64,000 nt of DNA. Origin: Nannocystales bacterium (GTDB lineage: Bacteria; Myxococcota_A; Polyangia; Nannocystales; Nannocystaceae). Below are positions 39,565 through 48,436 of the stretch, in pieces (positions within the stretch are counted from its first letter, which is position 1; each line of letters opens with the position of its first letter). The notes beneath the pieces are model-generated. The model was not told where the DNA came from, searched no databases, and worked only from the letters and a program-made list of their open reading frames with translations. The DNA is taken from contig JBOEGF010000010.1 in assembly GCA_050633305.1 (NCBI GenBank), positions 512,001-576,000 of the forward strand. The letters are read 5' to 3'. The translations under genes and the position numbers were made by a program.

Positions 39565-40416
39565 TTACGGTTGTGCCTGGCGCTGGAGGCCTGACAGAAC
39601 GTGTCTGGCTGGCACGAAGTGCTCATTGCCCTGTGCGTCCTTCAGCATCACGCCCAGGGGAACGAACTTTTGGACGACGCCCCGGGTCTCCTCCAGCTTC
39701 ACGTCATCCCCCACGCGGACAAGCTGGCGGAGGTAGTAGTTGGCGATGATCTCCTCTGCAGGGCGGCGCATCGACCACGCCATGAGGAACGCGACGAGGC
39801 CCAGCATCACGATCACGAACACGCTGAGGTTCGACGTGATGAACGAGACGTCCAGACCCAGGGACTCCAGCGTGATCAGGCCGACGATGACCATGATGCC
39901 CAGCTCGATCGGTGCCTCGAACATCTTGGTTCGGCCACCCTTGAACTCCGAGAAGAAGGCACCCGCGAGGCGAGCCGCGGCACTTGCGGCCACGCTTCCG
40001 ATCGCGATGATGAGCAGCGCCGAGATGATCTTCGGCAGGTAGCTGAGGGCGGCGAGGACGGCGGTCGATGCTGCCTCGATGCCCAAGGCATCCGCCGCAG
40101 AGGTCACGGCCATCAGAAGGATTGCCAGATAGGCCAGGTTGGCCACCGCCCACGACGGCGTTGCGTCCTGGCGGAAGGCCTGCAGCATGCGCCCGAGTCG
40201 GGTCTCCGAGACCACCTTGTCTAGCGGAGTCACCTGCAGCACGCGCTTGACGACGCCTCGCACCACACGAGCGGCCAGCCAGAGCGCGAGGAACACGAAT
40301 ACGGCCGAGCCGACCGACGGCGCGTACTCGGCGACGCTCGTCGACACCGACTCGGCGAGGCGGCCCAGGGTGCTCGCCGGGTCGACGAACGCGAGAGGAA
40401 GTTCAGGATGGGTCAC
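39565..40416 (-). CDS. CmpX-like small-conductance mechanosensitive channel family protein
   Basis: Repeated TM-helix units (EYAPSVGSAV, SYLPKIISAL); EIIANYY..VRVGDDV..GVV. Confidence 0.82.
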   Translation of the reverse strand: MTHPELPLAFVDPASTLGRLAESVSTSVAEYAPSVGSAVFVFLALWLAARVVRGVVKRVLQVTPLDKVVSETRLGRMLQAFRQDATPSWAVANLAYLAILLMAVTSAADALGIEAASTAVLAALSYLPKIISALLIIAIGSVAASAAARLAGAFFSEFKGGRTKMFEAPIELGIMVIVGLITLESLGLDVSFITSNLSVFVIVMLGLVAFLMAWSMRRPAEEIIANYYLRQLVRVGDDVKLEETRGVVQKFVPLGVMLKDAQGNEHFVPARHVLSGLQRQAQP

Positions 40417-40633
40417 GGTCGGACTCCGGCGTCGCGTCAGTGCGCAACCAGCTGAGAGGGGCAGCGAACATGAGCATCGCAACTTCGGCGACCGTGGTCA
40501 TGAGTGTGACCTTGGACCCGACCTTGTCGGCAAACTCGGAAGGGGGCGGAGGCCCCAGCGCCACACCGAGCAATGCGCCGATGTCCACGGCTTGTGGCCG
40601 CACGCGGTCTGGATCAGGTGGCGCCTCGCTCAC
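40403..40633 (-). CDS. Small hypothetical protein (CfrX-like by position)
   Basis: 76 aa; overlaps the start of the channel gene; TATCAT lies 7 nt before the GTG. Confidence 0.6.
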   Translation of the reverse strand: MSEAPPDPDRVRPQAVDIGALLGVALGPPPPSEFADKVGSKVTLMTTVAEVAMLMFAAPLSWLRTDATPESDRDPS

Positions 40634-40707
40634 GGCTTGCATGATAACGCCCGGAGCTACAGGGGTTCGAAGCGCTTCCCGCCCCGTTCCGTGGTGAGAT
40701 TTGAGAT

Positions 40708-40726
40708 GATAATGAAAGTCGATTGC
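40708..40726. promoter_or_regulatory. Fur-box-like site
   Basis: GATAATGAAAGTCGATTGC, 13/19 match to GATAATGATAATCATTATC. Confidence 0.55.
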
Positions 40727-40757
40727 AAATTGTGCGGGGTCCCCTGTAGCGTTCGCC

Positions 40758-41237
<480 letters not shown>

Positions 41238-41394
41238 GAAAATCGCAGTCCGAAATCGTTGTGCCGTCGTCGAGCTGTGGAATCGGGACTGGCCTTCGCG
41301 CCCCGCCTGAGCGTGTGGAGGATTTTGCGGGCTTCGTTGGGACGCGCAGGCGAGCGTCTGCCGCCCCCCGTCGTCTGCTGAACCCCAACCAACT

Positions 41395-43032
41395 TCAGTA
41401 GGCGTCGGCCTTGTAGTCACCGCACTCGACCAAACGCTCGAACCACGTCTGGGGATCGGAGATCTGACCGTGCCGGCACGCAATCGTCCGCAGCGCTTCG
41501 GCGACACCGGGCTCCATCCCAAGACCATCACCGCAGACATAAATCTGCGCGCCCCGTTGTAGCCAGCTCCAGACCGCGGACCCACGCTCGAGGAGCCGAT
41601 GTTGCACGTAGATCTTCTTCGACTGCATGCGTGACCATGCGAGGTCGAGCCGGCTGAGGACGCCGCTCTCGTGCCACCGCATGATGTCTTCTTGGTAGAG
41701 GAAGTCGGTCGAAAACCGTTGGTGTCCGAAGAACAGCCACGTCAGGCGGGCCTGCTGCGATGTTCGGAGCTGTTCGATGTCTTCCAGGTACGCCCGAAAA
41801 GGAGCGATGCCGGTACCGGGACCGACCATGATCAGCGGTCGATCCGAGTCATCGAACCGGAACGCCGGGTTGGGGACCAGATGCATGTCGACCCTCCCTC
41901 CCCTCTCGACGCGGTGGGCCAAGAAGTTGCTGGCCACGCCTTGGATGACACGACCGCGACGCTGATACCGCAGTGTTTCGACGACGAGTGACACCGTCTT
42001 TGGCGACTTCGCGGGAGACGATGCGACCGAGTATAGACGCGGCGCGAGTCGTCGCAGGTAGGGCACGACGGCGTCACCTGAGATCCCCTGCGGGGCATTG
42101 TCTCGAAGAACATCGAGGACATCCCGTTCTTCCCGGTAGCGACGGACGGCGTCGGGTCCGTCTTGGAGTGCGACGCCTGCCGGTCGTTCTGCGCCGCGGT
42201 GAAGCTTCGTCACGGACCGGAGCAGGTCGGTCTCGACGTGCGCGAGACAACTCCTGCTCAAGACATCGCTCAGCGCCCGGGTCTCGCCGCGCCAGGTGAC
42301 AGACGTGGCCGCGTCTTGTTGCATGACGGAGAGCATCGTCTCGACGAGCTTCGGGCAGTTCGTAGGATGCACCGCGAAGCAGTCGCCGACCTGGTAGGGG
42401 GTCGGGGCGTGCGAAACATCGAACTCGTAGTGCATGGTCCACTTGTTGGAACCGAGGCCAGAGAGCTTTCGTTTGTGGAGAAGAGTGGCCTCGAACAAGC
42501 GGGGCGGGCTCGAGAGGTGTTCTGAGTGTCCGCGGGGGGCCGTGGTATCACTGGGCGGGCTCCGGGAGGCATTGCTGCGCGCCATGTATCGCTCAACAGC
42601 CGAGACCGTGGCGCGCTCGAACCCTTCGAACGCATCGTCGAAGTCGACGTCGCAGTCCACCCGCTGCGTGAGCGGGGACGCCCCGGCACGGATGAGTGCC
42701 GACTCGAAATCCTGCCCGCACTTGGCGAAGTGGTGAAACGTCTCGTCGCCGAGGCCGCAGACGGCGAACCGGAGCTTGGGAAGCCGGAGTTCGTCGCGCT
42801 GTAGAAATGCGAGCATTCGACGCGCGTTGCTCGGCGGGTCGCCGTTGCCGTAGGTGCTCGTCACAAAGGCGACGAAGGACAGGCGTTCGACCCAGACCGG
42901 GTCGAACTCATCCATGTCGATGGATCGCGCGTCGAGTCCCCGGCTCTTGAGGGAACGGGCGAGACGCTCGGCGCAGTATTCCGCGTTGCCGGACTCGGTG
43001 CCATACAGAACTGGAATGGATGGGATGTTCAC
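41395..43032 (-). CDS. CysJ-like diflavin oxidoreductase (flavodoxin + FAD/NADPH domains)
   Basis: YGTESGNAE, STYGNGDPP, GLGD, RLYSVAS, GPGTGIAPF, KIYVQH, YVCGD. Confidence 0.9.
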   Translation of the reverse strand: MNIPSIPVLYGTESGNAEYCAERLARSLKSRGLDARSIDMDEFDPVWVERLSFVAFVTSTYGNGDPPSNARRMLAFLQRDELRLPKLRFAVCGLGDETFHHFAKCGQDFESALIRAGASPLTQRVDCDVDFDDAFEGFERATVSAVERYMARSNASRSPPSDTTAPRGHSEHLSSPPRLFEATLLHKRKLSGLGSNKWTMHYEFDVSHAPTPYQVGDCFAVHPTNCPKLVETMLSVMQQDAATSVTWRGETRALSDVLSRSCLAHVETDLLRSVTKLHRGAERPAGVALQDGPDAVRRYREERDVLDVLRDNAPQGISGDAVVPYLRRLAPRLYSVASSPAKSPKTVSLVVETLRYQRRGRVIQGVASNFLAHRVERGGRVDMHLVPNPAFRFDDSDRPLIMVGPGTGIAPFRAYLEDIEQLRTSQQARLTWLFFGHQRFSTDFLYQEDIMRWHESGVLSRLDLAWSRMQSKKIYVQHRLLERGSAVWSWLQRGAQIYVCGDGLGMEPGVAEALRTIACRHGQISDPQTWFERLVECGDYKADAY

Positions 43033-43082
43033 AGCAGACCGTTTCGCGAGCTGATCCTTGGGCGAATGAGCTGGCCGGCGCC

Positions 43083-43460
43083 TCACTCCGCGACGAGCTG
43101 CGTCGGCCCATGTCCAAGGGCATCTCGGTAGCCTTCGACGAAGCCGTCTCGATAGACGTCGAGCATCAGCGCGCCGATCGACATCCCGTGCTCTACGGCC
43201 TGCCAGATCGAGTGCGTGCTGCTCCCCCATCGAAGACAGTCGCCAATGGCAATATCCACATCGTCGAGCCCGACAGGCGCCGCTTGGTCGTTGTGAGCAA
43301 GCCGCCTCCCGACCAGTTGTCGAACATCGTCTTCCGTCGCACCGTCGACGCTCGAGAGCGCGACTCGGACCTCCAGCTGCCGGCAGGCGATCCGTGAGTC
43401 GCCTGCCGCGGTTGCTTCCGTGGCCCGCGGTTTCGTTCGTGTGCCCATCGACATATTCAT
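43083..43460 (-). CDS. Hypothetical protein
   Basis: ORF starts directly at the strongest Fur-like box and is co-oriented with the reductase. Confidence 0.55.
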   Translation of the reverse strand: MNMSMGTRTKPRATEATAAGDSRIACRQLEVRVALSSVDGATEDDVRQLVGRRLAHNDQAAPVGLDDVDIAIGDCLRWGSSTHSIWQAVEHGMSIGALMLDVYRDGFVEGYRDALGHGPTQLVAE

Positions 43461-43462
43461 AC

Positions 43463-43481
43463 GATAGTGATAATCGTTTTC
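43463..43481. promoter_or_regulatory. Fur box
   Basis: GATAGTGATAATCGTTTTC, 16/19 match to consensus, in an AT-rich patch of a GC-rich genome. Confidence 0.8.
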
Positions 43482-43619
43482 AAATTAAAGATGACGAAGC
43501 GAGGAGATGCAAATCACGGCTCACCGGCCGTCACCCGTGGATCGCTGGGCACCCGCGGGGTTGGTCGCGGCGACGACCAGCCCGTTGACCTCGAGGTCGG
43601 AGTTCCCTTTCCGTCAGAG

Positions 43620-43835
43620 GTGAGGCTCCACAGCCCGGTGCGCGCTCTTCTCTTGCTCACGCTCGCTGCCGGGTGTGCAACGGTGCCGCCCCACGCTCGG
43701 GGTCGGCTCGCGCAACCCGACATGACTCTGGACGCGGACCCCGACCTTCTCGCAGGCCAAGAACACGCCGACGAGTACCGGGAGGGCGCGGCCGGTGGGT
43801 TCGGTGCCGCTGGGGGAGGGTGCGGATGCAACTGA
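43620..43835 (+). CDS. DUF4266 family lipoprotein
   Basis: AAGC; ARGRLAQPDM; YREGAAGG...GGGCGCN C-terminus. Confidence 0.88.
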   Translation: MRLHSPVRALLLLTLAAGCATVPPHARGRLAQPDMTLDADPDLLAGQEHADEYREGAAGGFGAAGGGCGCN

Positions 43836-44968
43836 TGCGGTCGCTGAGTGCGCTGGCGGCTGCGATAGGCTTGTCCGCCGTTGCATGCTGTGGAGGTGGT
43901 GAGGGGCTCGAGATCGCGGCTCCTTCGCCACCGAATGCAGGTGGCACATCACAGGGAGGTGCCGTTGGTTCCGACGACACAGGCTCGGGCGCGCAGGGGC
44001 CGGGCCTGGGAGACGGCTCGTCGTCGAGCGGGGGGGCAGGAGCAACCGGAGCGGATGCAGGGACGGCGAGCGGACGGACCCTTGTGCCGTTGAGCGCGAC
44101 GTGGCGGGTCAGTGCTGTCGCGGAGGCGGGATGGGAAACCCCAGGCTTCGATGACAGTGGTTGGGAGCGCGTGGTTGCACCGCTGGGCCGCGGGTACGAT
44201 GGCGTGACGCCGTGGGATGGGGCAGGGCCACTGTTCGCGCGTGCGTCATTTCATGCCGCGTTCGCAGCCGATGAGGCGCTCGAGCTTCGGGTGCAGCGAG
44301 ACGACGGAGCCCGTGCATACCTCGATGGTCACCTCGTCGGTACGTGGAACGTCGTGAACGGGGTGGCCGAAGACGAAGTCACAGGACAGGATGGATACAC
44401 GTTCTTTGTCGCGCAACCGCGCGTGCCCGCCTCCGAGGCGTCGACCCACGTGCTCGCGGTTGAGGTGACCCAGCGGACCGATCCCGATCTCGCATTTGCC
44501 GCTCGGTTGAGGCGGCTCGAGGCCGGCGGGCGTGTCGACGTTCTTGTCCAGCTGCGCACCCGGTCGCGTGGTGGTCGATACGCCCCGGACAACGCTGGGG
44601 CCGTCTGGGTGGAGTCGCCGGACGGGACATTCATCCGCAGTTTGGCAGTCTGGGCGGGGACACGACGAGAGCACCTCCTGCAATGGAACGCTGCGGCCGG
44701 CGGCGATGACGTCGACGCGGTCACCTCCGCGACGTCGGGTTCGCACCAGAGCCGATTGCTCAGTTGGGACCTCACCGATCATGCCGGGACCGCGATGCCT
44801 CCAGGCCGCTACGTTCTGCGCGCCGAGTTCACCGAGGACAACTCGAACGAGGGGGAGCCCGCGGGTCCGAGCCTCGCTCTACCGTTTGCGACAGACGAGG
44901 TCTGTGGCGTGGCGAGCGCGACCGAGACGTATTTCGCCGATGTCAGCGTGGCTATTCCGTGCGGCTGA
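43835..44968 (+). CDS. Lipoprotein with beta-sandwich domain and DUF2271-like domain
   Basis: AVWVESPDGTFIRSLAVW; VDAVTSAT (flavinylation-type motif); WDLTD..G.Y. Confidence 0.75.
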   Translation: MRSLSALAAAIGLSAVACCGGGEGLEIAAPSPPNAGGTSQGGAVGSDDTGSGAQGPGLGDGSSSSGGAGATGADAGTASGRTLVPLSATWRVSAVAEAGWETPGFDDSGWERVVAPLGRGYDGVTPWDGAGPLFARASFHAAFAADEALELRVQRDDGARAYLDGHLVGTWNVVNGVAEDEVTGQDGYTFFVAQPRVPASEASTHVLAVEVTQRTDPDLAFAARLRRLEAGGRVDVLVQLRTRSRGGRYAPDNAGAVWVESPDGTFIRSLAVWAGTRREHLLQWNAAAGGDDVDAVTSATSGSHQSRLLSWDLTDHAGTAMPPGRYVLRAEFTEDNSNEGEPAGPSLALPFATDEVCGVASATETYFADVSVAIPCG

Positions 44969-45640
44969 GCGTCGTGTCCACGCGAACAGAAGCAGAAGCA
45001 GGAGACTCAGCCATGACGGGGAGCCGCCGGTACGGCATCCTCCGCCTTCCTTCGAGTCGCCGTCGACAGAAAGCTCGTGTTGGCCCACGAGGTCTCCGGC
45101 GGGGTCGTCGGAGTCGTCGCTCGCGACGGCGCCGAGGTGGAAGGACACCGCGCCAGCCGCTTCGAGCGGCGCGGTCCACTGCAGTCGGAGCTGCGACGCC
45201 CCACACGCTGGCATGCCAACGATCTGGCGTCCGTCTTCGGTCTCGAACATCGCGGCCGCGACCGATCCGCTGGCACAGCGGTCCCCGGGCTCGACTGCAT
45301 CGGCGGGCGGAAGGACGACCGTACCGACCGGGTCTCCGTCTTTGTCGACCCACTCGCCGACGACGGACACGGCGCGCGACGTTTGTGGCCAGCGCGCAAC
45401 GATGGTGTACGTCAACCCGGCTTCATACCGCTCCGGCAGGCCTTCGAACCGCAGCTGCAGATCGCCGACAGGCTCGTGGCAACTGTCGCAGCCGATCGCG
45501 TCGTGATGAGAGCCCGTAAAGAATCGGCCTCCACCCCCGCCCTCGGTCACCGGTTGTGGATAGGCCGCCGGGGTTGAGAAACCGGCACCCACGAACAGCC
45601 CGAAGCCGAGTACGGCTAGCAGTCGTCGGGTCCGTAGCAC
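44879..45640 (-). CDS. Monoheme CxxCH reeler-like protein with MYXO-CTERM
   Basis: FFTGS..GCDSCH; LPERYEAG; WTAP; GGGCRTGG + hydrophobic helix + RR. Confidence 0.7.
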   Translation of the reverse strand: MLRTRRLLAVLGFGLFVGAGFSTPAAYPQPVTEGGGGGRFFTGSHHDAIGCDSCHEPVGDLQLRFEGLPERYEAGLTYTIVARWPQTSRAVSVVGEWVDKDGDPVGTVVLPPADAVEPGDRCASGSVAAAMFETEDGRQIVGMPACGASQLRLQWTAPLEAAGAVSFHLGAVASDDSDDPAGDLVGQHELSVDGDSKEGGGCRTGGSPSWLSLLLLLLFAWTRRSAARNSHADIGEIRLGRARHATDLVCRKR

Positions 45641-46092
45641 AAGTCTCCGTTGGCCCAGTCGAGCAGGACTCGATAGCTCGGGTCGTCGCGGGTTTGGTAG
45701 ATCGCGCCGCCGTATGCATCGAGGCCCTGATGCCCGGCGCCGGGTAGCGGCTTGGTCAGGAGGAGCGAGTTCCGCACGTCTCCCGAAGTCGTGAGCATGG
45801 AACGGGTGCGTTGATAGCTGAACCACAGCTCGTCGTCGGTCACCGGGTCGAAGCGCTCCGTTTGCGGGTCACCCTGCATCGGAGCGCGGAGTCGGCCCGG
45901 GCCATAGACTCGAAAGGGGCGCTCCGGGACGCCGTGGCAGGTGAGCATGCCGCAGTCACGAAGCAGGACGGGGTAGGCATCGCGGACGAATGCGTCGTAG
46001 TCGGGCGCCGGCGTTTCGACGGGCTCTGCCTCGTCGCACCCGATCCACATCACGGCTGCGACGGCGAATCGTGCAAGGGCCCGACGAGTCAT
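45616..46092 (-). CDS. Cytochrome-like lipoprotein with CX4CH motif
   Basis: WIGC lipobox; PVLLRDCGMLTCHG; SLLLTKPL..GH.G; YRVLLDW. Confidence 0.7.
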   Translation of the reverse strand: MTRRALARFAVAAVMWIGCDEAEPVETPAPDYDAFVRDAYPVLLRDCGMLTCHGVPERPFRVYGPGRLRAPMQGDPQTERFDPVTDDELWFSYQRTRSMLTTSGDVRNSLLLTKPLPGAGHQGLDAYGGAIYQTRDDPSYRVLLDWANGDLCYGPDDC

Positions 46093-46109
46093 CGTGGTTA
46101 TCTTATATC

Positions 46110-46128
46110 GAACTTGATTTTCCATTTC
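46110..46128. promoter_or_regulatory. Fur-box-like site
   Basis: Reverse strand reads GAAATGGAAAATCAAGTTC (12/19), in a divergent promoter. Confidence 0.5.
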
Positions 46129-46148
46129 AATATGGTCTACGCAGGGGC

Positions 46149-47234
46149 GTGCGCTTGGTGCTGGCATGGTTTGCGCTGTCGTTCGCGGCGGCAGAGCCCG
46201 AGACCGACGCGGTCGAGACCGCGGCCTTAGTCTACGTTCGCACCGACAGCGATCACACGACCGTCGTGTCGCCGCGGACCCGCGTGCGGGTGCCGGTGGG
46301 CGGAGAACGCAACCACGTTGACCTCGTCTACGCGGTGGACGTGTGGACGAGCGCCTCAGTCGACATCCGGACCGCGGCCACCGGCCGGGTCCGAGAGCAG
46401 CGCGATGAACTCGTCGCTGGGGGCGACCGTACGTTTGCGTGGGGGACAGCGGGGCTGAGCTATCGCTTCTCCCACGAGCCGGACTACGTCTCCAATGCCG
46501 GGTCCGCCTTTGTGAAAGTCGAGGCACGGCAGAAGACCATCACCGTGGACGGTCGAATCAGCGGCGGTCACGATGTCGTAGGTCGCTCGGGAGATGAGCA
46601 GTTTGGGGAACGCATCGTGCACGGAAGCGCCTACGGTGGGTACACGCACATCCTAGGCCGCAACACGCTCGCCCAGGTGAGCGTCGAGGGTCGAGTACAG
46701 CACGGCTTTCTCTCGAGCCCGTATCGCTGGGTCTCCCTGGGACGGTCGGCCCTGTGCGCGGACAGCTTTGGGTTGTGCATTCCGGAGGTTCACCCTGGCC
46801 AGCGGCTTCGGCTCGCATCTGTAGCGCGGCTGCGGAGGGCATTTGGGCCGCGGTGGTCCTCAGGAGCCGCGTACCGGTTCTACGCAGACTCTTGGGGCGT
46901 GCTGGGGCATACGGGGAGGCTCGACGTTCGAGTCGTAGCGCATTCCAATCTCATGCTGGGGCTCGAGGCCCGGATACATGGGCAGAGCGGCGCTCGCTTC
47001 TACCGTCCCATCTACGGAGAGTCGGGGGCATTTTTCACCCGCGACCGCGAGCTGTCCACGATGTGGAATGCTCGGGGCGGCGCATCAGCCGAGGCGACGA
47101 TCCCGATTCTCGGCGCGACGGACCTTCGAGTCGGAGCGCTGTTGGGCGGCGGGATGTATCGGTATCCTGACTTTGTTGGTCTCGACACGGTGGGGGTGCT
47201 CGAGGCGACGGTCTCGTTGGGAGTCAGCCTGTGA
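46149..47234 (+). CDS. DUF3570 family outer-membrane beta-barrel protein
   Basis: DVWTSASVD, SHEPDYVS, GFLSSPYR, EVHP..R.R, YRFYADSWGV..HT, TRDRELS. Confidence 0.8.
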   Translation: MRLVLAWFALSFAAAEPETDAVETAALVYVRTDSDHTTVVSPRTRVRVPVGGERNHVDLVYAVDVWTSASVDIRTAATGRVREQRDELVAGGDRTFAWGTAGLSYRFSHEPDYVSNAGSAFVKVEARQKTITVDGRISGGHDVVGRSGDEQFGERIVHGSAYGGYTHILGRNTLAQVSVEGRVQHGFLSSPYRWVSLGRSALCADSFGLCIPEVHPGQRLRLASVARLRRAFGPRWSSGAAYRFYADSWGVLGHTGRLDVRVVAHSNLMLGLEARIHGQSGARFYRPIYGESGAFFTRDRELSTMWNARGGASAEATIPILGATDLRVGALLGGGMYRYPDFVGLDTVGVLEATVSLGVSL

Positions 47235-48400
47235 GCGTGTCGCTGCTCTGGGTCGCCCTCGCGGCCGCGCCACCGCCCGAGCCTCCGGTTTCAGTCCGGG
47301 TGGATGCGGGCGCCGGAGTCGAATTCCATCGGTTGCGACCGGGACCGTGGCGGGTTCCTCCTGCGGGCGTGGGTGCGTTCGCCCTGGAGCCCCGAGTTGC
47401 GGTCGGGCGCTGGCACCTCGGCGCGCCCCTGTTGTACCGATCGACCGTTCGCGCGACGCTGCTCGAGGATGCGCCCGGCGGAGATCGCCCGGTCCGCATC
47501 GACACCTTCGAGGGGGCCCTGAGAGCGGAGCGGCTCTGGAGGCGGGGACCCTGGACGCTCGAGTTTGGCGCCTCCGCCTGGGGAGGGCGGTGGCGCCTCG
47601 CTGCGGTCCGTCCTGGAAGACTGCCTGATTCGACGACAGGAATGCTCCGCGTCGGCGTGCCGGTCCGGGTTCGTCGCGGACGGGTACAAGCGACGCTTGA
47701 CGGTGGTCTGGGTGCGCAACTCGAATCGCGGAGCGCCGGTCCGCTGTGGGGCGTGAGGGCAGATGTTCGGGTCCGTTTGTCGGGTCCGGTGGTGGCCGCG
47801 ATCCGTCTCTTTCACGATGGCTGGCTCGCGGACAGTTCGACGCGAACCAGCATCGCCGTGACCGCGGGTCTTGGTCTCGAGGTTCCCGGGCTTCAACCCC
47901 CCCGCGCCCCACGAGCCTCGAAGCCCTCGCCGGAACCCGCCACAGCGCCGGACCGCCCCGCGGCGCAACGGCGGCCCGCTGCCCCGGCTCTGAAAGGGCA
48001 GACGCTGGGTGGGGCTGCCGTCGACTTGACCGCACTCGAGGGCTCGGTCGTCGTCGTTGATTTCTGGGCGTCCTGGTGCGGCCCCTGTCGGGCTGCGATG
48101 CCCGAACTCGAGGTGCTCCATCAACGATGGTCCGAACGCAATGTTGTGGTCTTGGGCGTTTCGATGGACGAGGAGTCATCGGAGGCTCAGGCGTTCCTGC
48201 TCGAAGCAGGGGTCACCTTTGAGAGCCTTCACGACGGGTCGGGTTCTCTCGCGGAGGCATGGTCGCCGCCCAAGATGCCCACCACATTCGTGATCGATCG
48301 CTTTGGACGCGTGGCCTACATCCATGCGGGCGTGAAGGAGGGCGATGCTGCGCGGCTCGAGGCCGAAGTCGAGTCGTTGATGGCAGAGCAGGCGCCCTGA
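47231..48400 (+). CDS. TlpA-like thioredoxin with N-terminal beta-rich domain
   Basis: VVDFWASWCGPC, MPTTFVID; GTGA overlap with the DUF3570 gene. Confidence 0.85.
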   Translation: MSVSLLWVALAAAPPPEPPVSVRVDAGAGVEFHRLRPGPWRVPPAGVGAFALEPRVAVGRWHLGAPLLYRSTVRATLLEDAPGGDRPVRIDTFEGALRAERLWRRGPWTLEFGASAWGGRWRLAAVRPGRLPDSTTGMLRVGVPVRVRRGRVQATLDGGLGAQLESRSAGPLWGVRADVRVRLSGPVVAAIRLFHDGWLADSSTRTSIAVTAGLGLEVPGLQPPRAPRASKPSPEPATAPDRPAAQRRPAAPALKGQTLGGAAVDLTALEGSVVVVDFWASWCGPCRAAMPELEVLHQRWSERNVVVLGVSMDEESSEAQAFLLEAGVTFESLHDGSGSLAEAWSPPKMPTTFVIDRFGRVAYIHAGVKEGDAARLEAEVESLMAEQAP

Positions 48401-48436
48401 CGCGAAGGCGACCGATGCTTCTTGCATTGAGCCGCG

